A DNA stretch of 64,000 bases, taken from the IMG/VR virus record IMGVR_UViG_3300043080_000080; one strand, written 5' to 3'. Positions 11,601 through 20,845 of the stretch are shown here, one piece after another (the stretch's first letter is position 1; every line of letters begins with the position of its first letter). Both the position numbers and the translations under genes were made by a program. The notes under the pieces are model-generated. The model was given only the letters and a program-made list of their open reading frames with translations, did no database searches and had not been told where the DNA came from. Source of the DNA: an uncultured virus (IMG/VR IMGVR_UViG_3300043080_000080). Taxonomy: Duplodnaviria; Heunggongvirae; Uroviricota; Caudoviricetes.

Positions 11601-12047
11601 TACATCATAATCAAAATGGAATTCATAGTCTCCAATATAGATGGGGACTTTACTATCGAGAATGAACTTACCACGACCAGAAACATCAGACTTCTCTACA
11701 AAGTTCTGCTCTAAATATGTTAGAGGTAGATATATCATCATAGTCATAGATGCCGGTTTAGCATATATATCTGTGATGCTGAGATTCATAGCATGGTTAA
11801 TTACATTCTTAGTGAATTTAGCCCTTGTGGGTATTGCTTCATTAGAAGTCTCTGCCGATACTATAAGAGTATTCTGTAATGACTGAGAGAACATCTCGTT
11901 CATGTAACCAAAGATGCCGACCATTGAGTTGGTTTCATCAACATCTGGTACAACATCAGCACGAACTTGATCTAAGAATTCAGATACTTCATATATATCA
12001 GAGCTAAGAGTTTTAGAGCTTCCTGTGTTTGTATTTGTAGTAGCCAT
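8628..12047 (-). CDS. putative baseplate wedge protein (T4 gp6/J-like) with SH3b-like insert
   Basis: ~1140 aa; A....VINHA..L and GG.DK.S..DLR..IP....SRG.I....DLE patterns typical of wedge proteins; structural gene context. Confidence 0.65.
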   Translation of the reverse strand: MATTNTNTGSSKTLSSDIYEVSEFLDQVRADVVPDVDETNSMVGIFGYMNEMFSQSLQNTLIVSAETSNEAIPTRAKFTKNVINHAMNLSITDIYAKPASMTMMIYLPLTYLEQNFVEKSDVSGRGKFILDSKVPIYIGDYEFHFDYDVIINRIRNPQGKYVYTAMYDLFEEGTSTIRQANPISDITNPYITTVIQTTLDNRDYVAFSARLHQVSMVEVTKSILTNNSIENKAVTFEFEDQLAAFDVDVTEGGNTIHLTPVYAGLLDNSVDDDYWCYYEFLDEYTIRILFSRDSYVPGLNAEVKVNIKLCQGSNGNFTYTDSFRTALRSDTYNDYAGMYAYIYPLMNGISNGGKDKKSVSDLRRIIPREASSRGAIINTTDLENFFNSVDDYECKLYFKKKRDNQFERMYYAYLLMKKDGYIVPTNTLNVKLTQSDFKGFSGNNNMVISPGTVFYYYDHGTDTDNDYATVTPPVYEEGLDEDLYPNPMTTNADGELVRVFEYISPFLISVDDDLITSYLMTLMDENKTFQFASINTDSDLQFIATNMNWKRQFISEYGSLYDNKYIMTMDIAQNNTGDYNLVISHKDANGDVVFDDVRIKVIMVMYADDTSTNPYRYIEGELTEFSGGVYTFRFVMGTDDVMDLNNRINITGIYNAKPEALQPKTTIESSHGYMNSNTYAKVFIMADFGTKEGDVINGTTVTAETEEIVLYGEDGIGNRTEIESLIPNRDDVVDAFLNNEIYLTKDGSQVSIVSIIRSNSAYLDEVKKYNNNDQETNVAILRYLRNNKNSEFVQNIILKDEDVIAAIDSYSFVDLSRYSVCNVMAVDGGLDFYQDYSPMMRSTVSVVMVQKTDENGNPVYTETKRTDSLGNEYTEYKPVYLTNENNTYYYDYKMYRVPMVMNGYFSTEDAMQDYIFYLDERRKYITECLYVLEDTFDIDLKFFNTFGPSRTFYYDIPSSTNYKATVAVKELKVLSSTVDEDDKDALVATIPYSTQIKITKIKGQWGYITSPYEGWVKIADTAKCINYIDNVALNFKFALEAESSADKYITDNIINDVKEYIEDINEVNELHIPNVITLITNNYREQLVYFEFMDVNGYGSSCQHLYLDSTVDADICPEFLNVETLRDGTNVPNIGITVY

Positions 12048-12065
12048 GCGCAACTCCTTTCTAAT

Positions 12066-13343
12066 TTATTCGGCCCATTTTAAGAAATAATCATATTTTA
12101 ATCCTCTGCGAGCAACTCGCTTTCCATATGTTGGATCAGATTGGCTTGCACGTAAAACTGTAGGGAATCTAGCCCATTCATTATTTACTATGAAATCCTC
12201 ATCATGTATAGGCATATACCCATTCTTTCTTGCTGCATTTGATGCTGTAGTAGATATACCAACTCTATTAAATTCTTGCAATATATAAGGATTCATATCT
12301 TCAACAAATTGAGCATGCATAGATACAGAGTATTTTAATCTATCATCAGAAAACTCTGCAGCATCGGATCTAGGAACGTCTTTAAAGTAACACCCAGTGA
12401 GTTTAGCGTAATATAATAGAGTCTCGCCATCCGAACCTACAATGAATTTATATATAGAGAACTGCTCTGGGATTATATGATTAATAATGTATTCTTCTTT
12501 TGGTTCACAGTTCCCAAGCTTAAGCATCCTCATATATTCATCATATGCTTTCAATGCCGAATATACTTCTAGTTGTGGAGTATCATAGAAAGACAATGTA
12601 AAGTCATAACCATTATCTGACTTAAGGGAATGACCTCTATAAGATATTGTAGTTCCCATTACGTTAGGAGTTGCCTCCTGTGATTCTGAATCTATTCCTG
12701 GCATATCTAATTTGGATGCTGCCATATTGGTGAATAGAGGCATAAAATTAATTCCACTACCATCTTCTATGTGCTGAAACTGAGTTAGCACCCATGGGTT
12801 ACGATTCGCTAAATCGGCAATAAATCCATTATCCGCAACGCCATCTTGTAATCCTGAAGAGTTAAGAGTATTTACATCTTTGAATATATTAAGATCTGGT
12901 CTTGTAAAAAACAGAAATTCTCTAGTCGCTCTATCATAGTCATATGGATTGACCCATCCATATCTGTAGAAATGGTTATAGTACCATCCGTCTTGTTTCT
13001 GTTTGGTTTTTGATAGCAGGCCATTATTACTAAGAGTTTTATCTAACTCTTGTATTGTAAAAGATCTATCAACTCCATATTTTCCTGTGGCATCATAGCT
13101 TAAAGTATCTCCATCACTACCATTATATAATGGAGTAAGCGTACTTGCAGTTGAATTAGCAGTACTACCGTCGGCAGTACCATTAGTATTTTCTACATAA
13201 CTAGTAGAAGTTGTAGTTTTAGTAGTTTTTGCTGCTGCTAAAACCGTGTCTGTATCTGCAATTCTCTGAGTAGCCAATTCTTCAAGCCTTCGACGCGATC
13301 TCATTCTATTAGGGTTATAACCTATTTCTTCTTCAGCCACCAT
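12066..13343 (-). CDS. putative tail tube/baseplate structural protein
   Basis: FFTRPDLN, FTLSFYDT, IYKFIV..DG..LLYYAKLTGCYF..VP pattern resembling jumbo-phage tube-fold proteins; late-type motif 13371-13382. Confidence 0.55.
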   Translation of the reverse strand: MVAEEEIGYNPNRMRSRRRLEELATQRIADTDTVLAAAKTTKTTTSTSYVENTNGTADGSTANSTASTLTPLYNGSDGDTLSYDATGKYGVDRSFTIQELDKTLSNNGLLSKTKQKQDGWYYNHFYRYGWVNPYDYDRATREFLFFTRPDLNIFKDVNTLNSSGLQDGVADNGFIADLANRNPWVLTQFQHIEDGSGINFMPLFTNMAASKLDMPGIDSESQEATPNVMGTTISYRGHSLKSDNGYDFTLSFYDTPQLEVYSALKAYDEYMRMLKLGNCEPKEEYIINHIIPEQFSIYKFIVGSDGETLLYYAKLTGCYFKDVPRSDAAEFSDDRLKYSVSMHAQFVEDMNPYILQEFNRVGISTTASNAARKNGYMPIHDEDFIVNNEWARFPTVLRASQSDPTYGKRVARRGLKYDYFLKWAE

Positions 13344-13460
13344 TATAGTTCACCTCCAGTTATATAGTTTTATTTGAATGTTTCAGGGATGCTTTTTAAC
13401 CCCAGTATAAACGCAGTTGCGATAGTATAATTACTATATCCACTTTATTTTTTGCTATAA

Positions 13461-13472
13461 AACATACTAGTA
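13461..13472 (+). promoter_or_regulatory. Late-type phage promoter AACA-N6-TA(A) (representative of 17 sites)
   Basis: AACA-TACTAG-TAA upstream of AAAGGAGG RBS; same spacing at many other gene starts. Confidence 0.7.
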
Positions 13473-13498
13473 AAACTTAGAAAGGAGGACTGGTATGT

Positions 13499-15028
13499 AT
13501 GAACAAATACGAAATGCTTCATGAGACTGTATTGAGAGATGTAGTCGATGCTATTGAGTATGGTAAAATAATTAAAGATTCAGATAAAAATGATTATAAT
13601 AATATACTTAAGGGACGCCAAGGGCATGTTGGATCTATTGCTAAGCGTACATCGAATCTTATTCTTGTATTTCCAGTTCTAGTTTCATCTTCTCTTAGTA
13701 TAAAGACTGCTAATATTATCTCTAAAGCTATAGAGCGTAAATGCGTCGCTCTATTACAGATTCTTTTCTCTGCTATAAGCTTAACAGAGTCTAGAGATCT
13801 GTTTGGTTATATTAAGCAGATTCATAGTAATTTAGGTACATCTGTAGATCTTGATTCTTTTATTACAATACTTGACGGCATGGTTCAGGAAGGAGCTATA
13901 AATGTATTAGATACTAATACATATGAAGCTGTTAAAGAAGATTTACTCAATATCAATTTCCATCTTGATGAATCATTTAATGAAACTGCTATCACTGAGT
14001 ATACTTCCAAGTATAATACTTCTACTGGAAATACATCTATTGTATTAACAGAAGCACCTGGTAAAGATAGACCTGTATCTGATCTTAAGATGAGAAATGA
14101 TTTGCTTCATGCTTTACGTAATGATCTTCGTAATCAGGATAAAAGATTCTCTAACGACATGAAAAATCAGAATAAGACATTCTCTAATGACATGAAGAAT
14201 CTCTCTAATGACATGAAGAACCAGAATAAATCGTTCTCTAATGACATGAAGAATCAGACCAAAGCAATAAATGATATTGGAAATAGAATTGATAAATACA
14301 ACGCAAATAGAGCTAACGATGCGGCTGCAAATTTTGCTCAAGATCGTGTAGACTATTTCCGTCATCAATTACTTCCTCAGGATGTACAGAAGTCTAATGA
14401 GTTAATGCCTACATTGATGGCTGTTAACTTTACTACATATGATGCCGAGTCTGGATTCAAGCATACTCAGACAGGTGTAGTTGGTGTTAAGGCTAAAGTA
14501 TATCCTGTAGATAGCATGGAGATTGTAAATCGTCTTAGTACTAAATATACAGATTCAAATAGTTTCTTTAAATTAATACAGGCTTCTACTAGAGAGATTT
14601 CGTTCTTTAAGGATTTTGTATTTGGCGTAAACAAAGCTAAGCTGGATGCAATTGAAGTAGCGCGTAACTCTGGTAGTGCTAGAATATTCAAGCTGTTAGA
14701 AAGACGTGCTGCAAAAAATAGAGTTGCTTCTTTGTTAAAGAAGAACGACGCATCTCCCATTACTTCATTGGTAGTCTCTGAACAAGAGGTTGAATATCTT
14801 AAGAAGTATAACAACACTGATATTGAAAATAGACAAGTCGCTAAGACTATACTTGTTAATTTTAATTTAATGGATATAGTTATTGCTGATGAGACTATTG
14901 AAGTAGCAAAGTTCATGTACGATGATGATACTACTGGATTTGAGAATTTGACTTTTGACGCTCTTGAGAGAGAATCAAAGGATAACTCGTATAAGAAAGT
15001 CTTGAATCTATTAAGTAAAGTTCGTTAA
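13499..15028 (+). CDS. virion structural (inner head-type) protein with coiled-coil repeat insert
   Basis: 509-aa ORF, strong RBS, LDES/LTEA sites, SNDMKN repeats. Confidence 0.6.
   Translation: MNKYEMLHETVLRDVVDAIEYGKIIKDSDKNDYNNILKGRQGHVGSIAKRTSNLILVFPVLVSSSLSIKTANIISKAIERKCVALLQILFSAISLTESRDLFGYIKQIHSNLGTSVDLDSFITILDGMVQEGAINVLDTNTYEAVKEDLLNINFHLDESFNETAITEYTSKYNTSTGNTSIVLTEAPGKDRPVSDLKMRNDLLHALRNDLRNQDKRFSNDMKNQNKTFSNDMKNLSNDMKNQNKSFSNDMKNQTKAINDIGNRIDKYNANRANDAAANFAQDRVDYFRHQLLPQDVQKSNELMPTLMAVNFTTYDAESGFKHTQTGVVGVKAKVYPVDSMEIVNRLSTKYTDSNSFFKLIQASTREISFFKDFVFGVNKAKLDAIEVARNSGSARIFKLLERRAAKNRVASLLKKNDASPITSLVVSEQEVEYLKKYNNTDIENRQVAKTILVNFNLMDIVIADETIEVAKFMYDDDTTGFENLTFDALERESKDNSYKKVLNLLSKVR
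14118..14260 (+). repeat. In-frame 33/21-bp tandem repeats (FSNDMKNQNK)
   Basis: TCTAA(C/T)GACATGAA(A/G)AA repeated four times. Confidence 0.9.
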
Positions 15029-15034
15029 TGAAGG

Positions 15035-16174
15035 GTGGGTAGAAGGTTGTATACGTATATTAGAAGTGAAGAGCCTAGAAAGACTAGATTTACCGGATAT
15101 ATGGTAGATGACTCTATAAATATAAATGAGTTTGATTATAGCTCTATATATAGAGCCAAAGAGTTTACAGAGGCTATGAATACTTATTTTGATACTGGAG
15201 ACGAGCAAACAAGATGTGTTCTTCTTGCAGTAAACGAAGCAGATCAAGCAAGTGTTATGACATCGCTGTCTAGCAAACTGTATAGCTATATAGTAGATAA
15301 GGTTGACGATATAGATTTCGGTACTATTCCTAGATCTAAGGGCGATATTACTAAGATCGGTAATTATGAACAGTTGAGAGACTGTATAAACATCATGGTT
15401 GAGGTAATGCATAATTATAAGCAACCTACAACTTCAATAGAGACTGTTCAGATTGCTTTGCAAAATATGATAGATCGTAAAGATCTATTTACAAAGGCAT
15501 TCAAAATGAATGTAGAATTACCGATGATTATGTATAATACTCTGGCTCTGTCTATAGTATCATCTGTATCGTATTTGATAAGTTCTTGTATCGAATTTAT
15601 TAAGCTTCCAGATGACTCTGGGTATGAAATCGCTTTAAACAAAGTAGCCGTGGCAAAATCTAAAGAGCATGTTCTATTTAAAGATCTTGAATCTTTTAAC
15701 AAGTGCTGTGAAAAAGGCGATTTTGATAAGGCTATGAATTATGTAATTATTCAAAGTTCATCTAAGCGATTAATGAAAGAGGCTGGGCCTATCGCTATGG
15801 CCGCTGGAGCTGCAATTGTTGTTATAGCAGCATTGATTATGATTATCCATATAATCAGAGAGCTTATATATTACTTCTACTATTCTAGAGTTAAACTGTC
15901 TGACTACTTTACTGCTCAATCTGCTTTATTAACAATGAATGCATATAATATTGAGAACAACTTGGCTAGGGATGATAAATCTAGAAAGTCAATCGCTACT
16001 AAGCAGAGAAAGTACGCCGATATGTTTACTAAGATCTCTAATAAACTTCAAGTGGCTGATAAAGTAGCGTCAGTAAAAACTGCTAATGATATGAAAGCTG
16101 CTAGCAAAGAGAAGTACAACATAAAGGACGTAGTTGACACAATACCGGACTCTGCTAACTCTACGTTGTTTTAA
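15035..16174 (+). CDS. virion protein with a hydrophobic helix
   Basis: LMKEA followed by GPIAMAAGAAIVVIAALIMIIHII; start codon uncertain. Confidence 0.55.
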   Translation: MGRRLYTYIRSEEPRKTRFTGYMVDDSININEFDYSSIYRAKEFTEAMNTYFDTGDEQTRCVLLAVNEADQASVMTSLSSKLYSYIVDKVDDIDFGTIPRSKGDITKIGNYEQLRDCINIMVEVMHNYKQPTTSIETVQIALQNMIDRKDLFTKAFKMNVELPMIMYNTLALSIVSSVSYLISSCIEFIKLPDDSGYEIALNKVAVAKSKEHVLFKDLESFNKCCEKGDFDKAMNYVIIQSSSKRLMKEAGPIAMAAGAAIVVIAALIMIIHIIRELIYYFYYSRVKLSDYFTAQSALLTMNAYNIENNLARDDKSRKSIATKQRKYADMFTKISNKLQVADKVASVKTANDMKAASKEKYNIKDVVDTIPDSANSTLF

Positions 16175-16271
16175 TTTAGTAACATCTAATTAAATTATAA
16201 GTGGATTATAATTTAACCATTTTTAATTAATTCTAGAAAAATAACTTTCTTTAAAGGAGGGCGTCTATATC

Positions 16272-17480
16272 ATGATCTTTGATGTAGCTACAAATTATGG
16301 TTATAGAGAATCATCCAGCGTTTTAGCTGGATCTCCTGCATACGCACTGGTAGAGTCTGCCAGAAATGACTACGCATTGTTCAACGCAATACTTGAGTGC
16401 GATGCAAGAGAGGTTGCTATGTATAATAGTGACTATGTTAATGAGTCTGCAATTGATGCTTTTAATGAAAACGTGGTAACTAATGTTTTCAAAAAGATTG
16501 CTGATTTTTTCAGATGGTTAGGTGGAAAAATCAAAGAGATCTTTAATAAGATCAAAGGATGGTTTACTAAAAATGCAGCTAATGATAATTCTGTCGCTAA
16601 GTCATTAACTAACGCATTTGATAAGTTTAAAGGTAATAATTATCCTACGATTGAAGTAAAAACTAAACTTTCTAACAAGTATGAAGAGTCCACTATTGCC
16701 GATGATGTAAAGGATTTCCGGTATGAAGTTGATGTACTTAAGTTTATTGGTGATCACTTAGATGATGGCATTGAAGGTAGCGCAATGTTTTTGGAAATAT
16801 TCGATACGGCCGCTACTAATATAGATGAATTCAAAGAAGCGTATAAGAAAAAGTTCTATGGCGATGAAAGAACTATTACATACGTTTGTAATAGAAGTAT
16901 TGTGGAGCAAACAGCATCGTACCTTGTTAAGGGAACTAAATCTGAAGTTAAAAACTTAGACTTCACCGCTAAAAGAATTGAAACTTATTGCAACAAAGAA
17001 GCAGACTCCATTAACAAAAGAGCAAAAGATAATCCTTCTGAAAAAGATTATGCTACAGTTGCAACTAAATTTATTACTAATTATAAGACGTGTATTTTGT
17101 ACGTTGTATCAGTAATGAAGCAAGTAGTTGAGGATTACTACAAAGTAAGTAAAGCAGCTGCTTTGAAGATGATTTCTGCTCTTAATAATGGTGGCAGCAA
17201 AAACGAGGCAGCATACATTTACGCCGAAGCAGATGTTCAGGATGAGGTTGATGGCGTTATTGGCAACGCTATTGATGGGGCTGCTGGAACTGAGATCGAA
17301 GACTTATCCATGGCTGATAGTGATTTAGGTTCTTATACTAATGACCCCGATAAGCTTACTTATGCCCCCGATAGCTATACTAGCGATTATCTTGGCGCTG
17401 ATAGCCTTGATGGTAGCGTTCGTGCCAACATCCGTGGTACTACAGAGGAATCTGCTATCTTGAGCTCAATGCTTTACTAA
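16272..17480 (+). CDS. putative inner head protein (phiKZ internal-protein-like)
   Basis: Acidic N-terminal region with RES/VES/NES then amphipathic helix VFKKIADFFRWLGGKIKEIFNKIKGWF; late motif 16181-16192. Confidence 0.6.
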   Translation: MIFDVATNYGYRESSSVLAGSPAYALVESARNDYALFNAILECDAREVAMYNSDYVNESAIDAFNENVVTNVFKKIADFFRWLGGKIKEIFNKIKGWFTKNAANDNSVAKSLTNAFDKFKGNNYPTIEVKTKLSNKYEESTIADDVKDFRYEVDVLKFIGDHLDDGIEGSAMFLEIFDTAATNIDEFKEAYKKKFYGDERTITYVCNRSIVEQTASYLVKGTKSEVKNLDFTAKRIETYCNKEADSINKRAKDNPSEKDYATVATKFITNYKTCILYVVSVMKQVVEDYYKVSKAAALKMISALNNGGSKNEAAYIYAEADVQDEVDGVIGNAIDGAAGTEIEDLSMADSDLGSYTNDPDKLTYAPDSYTSDYLGADSLDGSVRANIRGTTEESAILSSMLY

Positions 17481-17503
17481 TTTAGATAGGAGGATTACCA
17501 GTT

Positions 17504-18577
17504 ATGATTTTCAGTGTTACAGAATCTGCTCAGATTAATGATGCTATGATTGCGGGCGTTGCTCCTTCTCCTTATAGCGCAAACCTTGAGGGTGCTCTTA
17601 TGCATGTGTATGAGCTTGAAGAGAGCTACAATACCATGATGGCTTCCATCGGTCTGTCTGAGCTTAAGTATTATAATGAATATGGCGATAGCTTATTCGT
17701 TTGTGAGGCTGGTGCTCTGTCCAGCGCCATCGATAAGGTTATTACTTTCTTAAAGAAGGTTAAGGATACCATCGTATCCATCTTCAATAAGTTTGTGGCA
17801 TTTATGCGTGATAATGCCGCAAGCAACAAAATGTTTGTTAAGACTCATAAGTCTAAGCTGGAGAACATCAATACTTATATTGTTAAAGATGAGTCTAAAA
17901 TGTATAGTTATTCTGGTCTTGATAATGCTATCTCTGATCTGGATAATGCTGACTTCTACAATGATGTCGCTGGAGACTTAAGCAATATTGATTCTAGATC
18001 TCAATATAGTGGCGGTGTTCGTTCCAAAGAGGACATTGAGAAGAGAGTTGCTGAGGCCAGAGGCTCTATTGCAGGGGTTAATGGCAGCCTTTCTGAAGAG
18101 GAAATGGTTAATGAGATCACTAACCGTTGTAAGGGCAATAAGATCAGCGGTTCTTATAGTGTTTCCAAGCAGCTTGAGTATATCACCAACATGTCTAACG
18201 ACATCAAGAAGGCTAAGAAGTCTTGCAATGAGATTACTAAGAAGATCGATGAGCAGATCAACAAGCTGCGTAAGCTTCCCAGATATGTAAAGGCTAAGGC
18301 TGGCGACGATAAGACAGAGAAAGACGATGACACCAAGAAGGCAGAGAATGATAACATCAACTCTGTTGGATTCACCATCACTGCTCTGAAGAATATCTCT
18401 TCTGCTGTTACTGCAGCTTATGGTGTTATCATCACTTCTCTCAGAGGCCGTTCTGCTACGGCTAGAAAGATCTGCACCATGGCTATCAAGGCTGAGTCTA
18501 AGAATGAGGCTGCTTACTACTATGAATATGCGGATGAAAGCGTAGACGATCTCTTTGATTCTGTCTCTATTTACTAA
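17504..18577 (+). CDS. putative inner head protein, paralog
   Basis: TES...CEA then AIDKVITFLKKVKDTIVSIFNKF; shares SKNEAAY with previous gene. Confidence 0.6.
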   Translation: MIFSVTESAQINDAMIAGVAPSPYSANLEGALMHVYELEESYNTMMASIGLSELKYYNEYGDSLFVCEAGALSSAIDKVITFLKKVKDTIVSIFNKFVAFMRDNAASNKMFVKTHKSKLENINTYIVKDESKMYSYSGLDNAISDLDNADFYNDVAGDLSNIDSRSQYSGGVRSKEDIEKRVAEARGSIAGVNGSLSEEEMVNEITNRCKGNKISGSYSVSKQLEYITNMSNDIKKAKKSCNEITKKIDEQINKLRKLPRYVKAKAGDDKTEKDDDTKKAENDNINSVGFTITALKNISSAVTAAYGVIITSLRGRSATARKICTMAIKAESKNEAAYYYEYADESVDDLFDSVSIY

Positions 18578-18619
18578 TATACAGACGGCATATATTACCA
18601 TCAATAAGTAATTAAATTT

Positions 18620-18650
18620 ATAGTGGAGATGGACTTTCCATCTCCACTAT
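18620..18650 (+). terminator. Hairpin terminator
   Basis: ATAGTGGAGATGGA-CTT-TCCATCTCCACTAT followed by TTATTT. Confidence 0.75.
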
Positions 18651-18732
18651 TTATTTGCTTTATAATCCAATATAAACCAGTATAAACGCCACAGGGTAAC
18701 ATTTAAGTAAATTTATTATAGGAGGTATTTAA

Positions 18733-19866
18733 ATGGATAGTACTTCTGAGCTGTACCCTACTAACTCTTTTATTTCAACTAGTTTTGATGTACTTAAAGT
18801 AGATGGAGTTGAAGATCCATCAATAAATGTAAATAGTTTATCTAGTTTTGAATTTGAGGAATCATATTTCTCAAATGCAGTTTCATTTATAACAGAGTGT
18901 AGTACAGAGCATAGTCTTGCTAAACAAAAGCTGTATACTTCTATTGCAGAAGCAAAGACTATTGGAACTGTTCTTGAAGGTTACTCTGATTATTTCTCTA
19001 AAGTAAAGATTATAATTGATAAGTTCTTGAAGTTCTTAAAAGCATTATGTGATAGAGCTGTAAGTACTATTAGTAATCTTATTAGATCTGATAAGAATTT
19101 ATTAGTTAATAAAAAAGAGTTTGAAAAATTCAAAGGCCAAATAGAAATAAGCGGCTATGAGTATACGTTTACAGATTCAGTACCGAATGCTAATGCCGCA
19201 TATGAGTATATGTATTCCATCTTTGATGATGTGATGTTTAGCATGAAGAATGGTAATATTACCGATGTATCTACAACGCTTCAAGGTAATAGTTTAGAGA
19301 AGGATTTTGCTAAATTTAGAGGAACAGTATTAAGCATGCCAAATAAATCTATTGCTGTATCTGATTTTGCTTCTGAGTTATTTAAAGTCTATAGAAATAA
19401 TAAGTCTGATACATCCACTATTATTGCAGATCCTTCATATATTAAAATGGTTTCTGAAAGATACTTCGATATTAGTGCAATGAAGAGAAGTATTAACGCT
19501 CAGTATAGAAGTGTTAAAGACGCTTATAATAAACTCGAAAAAGAATTAGAGGCTATCATTGGTACTAATAGCGAGCTTAATGTATCTAGATTACTAGACT
19601 CTATTCCATCAAATAGATACAGAAATGCAGATATAAATACAGAGCTTCTTGGAACATCGATATCTGCAGATGTAATGAGCAAGCTTGATATTTACACCAA
19701 AATGAAGGTTATGCAAATTGAGGGATATTCTAATATTCATACACTAGCATATTCTGCTAAATTAGATGCTCTTAAAGAATGCACAATCCAAGATAGAAAT
19801 ACATTATACCAAGCATTGCTTACTATGAAAGTAACTAAAGAATCTTGCTTCTTTGGAGGCTACTAA
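18733..19866 (+). CDS. putative inner head protein, paralog
   Basis: LEG then YFSKVKIIIDKFLKFLKAL amphipathic helix; late motif 18698-18709. Confidence 0.55.
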   Translation: MDSTSELYPTNSFISTSFDVLKVDGVEDPSINVNSLSSFEFEESYFSNAVSFITECSTEHSLAKQKLYTSIAEAKTIGTVLEGYSDYFSKVKIIIDKFLKFLKALCDRAVSTISNLIRSDKNLLVNKKEFEKFKGQIEISGYEYTFTDSVPNANAAYEYMYSIFDDVMFSMKNGNITDVSTTLQGNSLEKDFAKFRGTVLSMPNKSIAVSDFASELFKVYRNNKSDTSTIIADPSYIKMVSERYFDISAMKRSINAQYRSVKDAYNKLEKELEAIIGTNSELNVSRLLDSIPSNRYRNADINTELLGTSISADVMSKLDIYTKMKVMQIEGYSNIHTLAYSAKLDALKECTIQDRNTLYQALLTMKVTKESCFFGGY

Positions 19867-19868
19867 TT

Positions 19869-20306
19869 ATGGTTCTGAATTTAGAATATTATGACAGCAC
19901 TAGAGAACACCAGCACAAAGCAATAATGGAGTCATCTGTAGAAGATTCTGTAAATCAGTGTATGAAAAAATATGATAAAATAAAAAATTCAGATGACCCA
20001 AACACAATAAAATCATGGATGAAGTATGCTCTTCAGATTACTATACCATCAATAGCAGTTGCAGCTGCAGGAGGGGAAGGACTTGCAATTGTAATAGCAG
20101 CTTTTATGGCACTTTTAGGAAGACCTGGAACTAAAATTAGAAATAAAAATTATTTGCTTATGCTAGAAAATGAAATAAATGAATGTATTGATAAAGTGGA
20201 AAGAGACAAAAAAGCTACAGATAAGCAAAAGCTGCAAGCCGTATCACAATTAAAAAAATTAAAATATAATGTTCATATGGAATTACACGCACTTGGTTGT
20301 CTGTAA
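19869..20306 (+). CDS. small membrane-hairpin virion protein (paralog A)
   Basis: GGAGG RBS before ATG 19869; MVLNLEYY..IMES leader; hydrophobic hairpin ending LLGRPG. Confidence 0.6.
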   Translation: MVLNLEYYDSTREHQHKAIMESSVEDSVNQCMKKYDKIKNSDDPNTIKSWMKYALQITIPSIAVAAAGGEGLAIVIAAFMALLGRPGTKIRNKNYLLMLENEINECIDKVERDKKATDKQKLQAVSQLKKLKYNVHMELHALGCL

Positions 20307-20335
20307 ATAAGTCACAAAAAAGGAGACGAGTATTA

Positions 20336-20845
20336 ATGGTTTTAAATTTAGAGTATTACAGTGATGATGAGGGCGTTCGTAACCGCGTGCTTATAGAGTC
20401 AGCATTAGACGATATAGAAAAACACAGATATAAATATAAGCAAATTAAAGACTCAAATAATGAGAGTGAATTACGATCATGGATAGTATATTCTTTGAAT
20501 GTAATTATACCACTTGCACTTGATATTGGGCTTTCATTATCTGGATCCTACCTAGCTGGTATATGGGCAGAGGTATATGCTATATACGCCATACTTATAG
20601 GCAGACCTGGTTCAGTTAACCATAAATTAGCTCACATGTATATGCTTTATAACAACGTCAACAAATCTATTAGGAAAGTAGAAAAAGATAAAAGAGCTAA
20701 CGCTAAAGAAAAACAAAAAGCATTATCTGATTTGCGTAAATTTAGAGCTAAAGTAGAGAAAGATGTGAAAGACCTTAGTTATAGGTCTGATGAGTTAGGA
20801 GCTTCCGCTATGGTAAAGAGGGAGAGTGCAAGGTACATATGGTAA
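20336..20845 (+). CDS. small membrane-hairpin virion protein (paralog B)
   Basis: AAGGAG RBS before ATG 20336; MVLNLEYY..LIES leader; LIGRPG; aligns with previous gene. Confidence 0.6.
   Translation: MVLNLEYYSDDEGVRNRVLIESALDDIEKHRYKYKQIKDSNNESELRSWIVYSLNVIIPLALDIGLSLSGSYLAGIWAEVYAIYAILIGRPGSVNHKLAHMYMLYNNVNKSIRKVEKDKRANAKEKQKALSDLRKFRAKVEKDVKDLSYRSDELGASAMVKRESARYIW

Noticed and set aside
17978..18604. 208-aa minus-strand ORF
   Set aside because: Antisense to a head protein gene; no RBS; shadow composition
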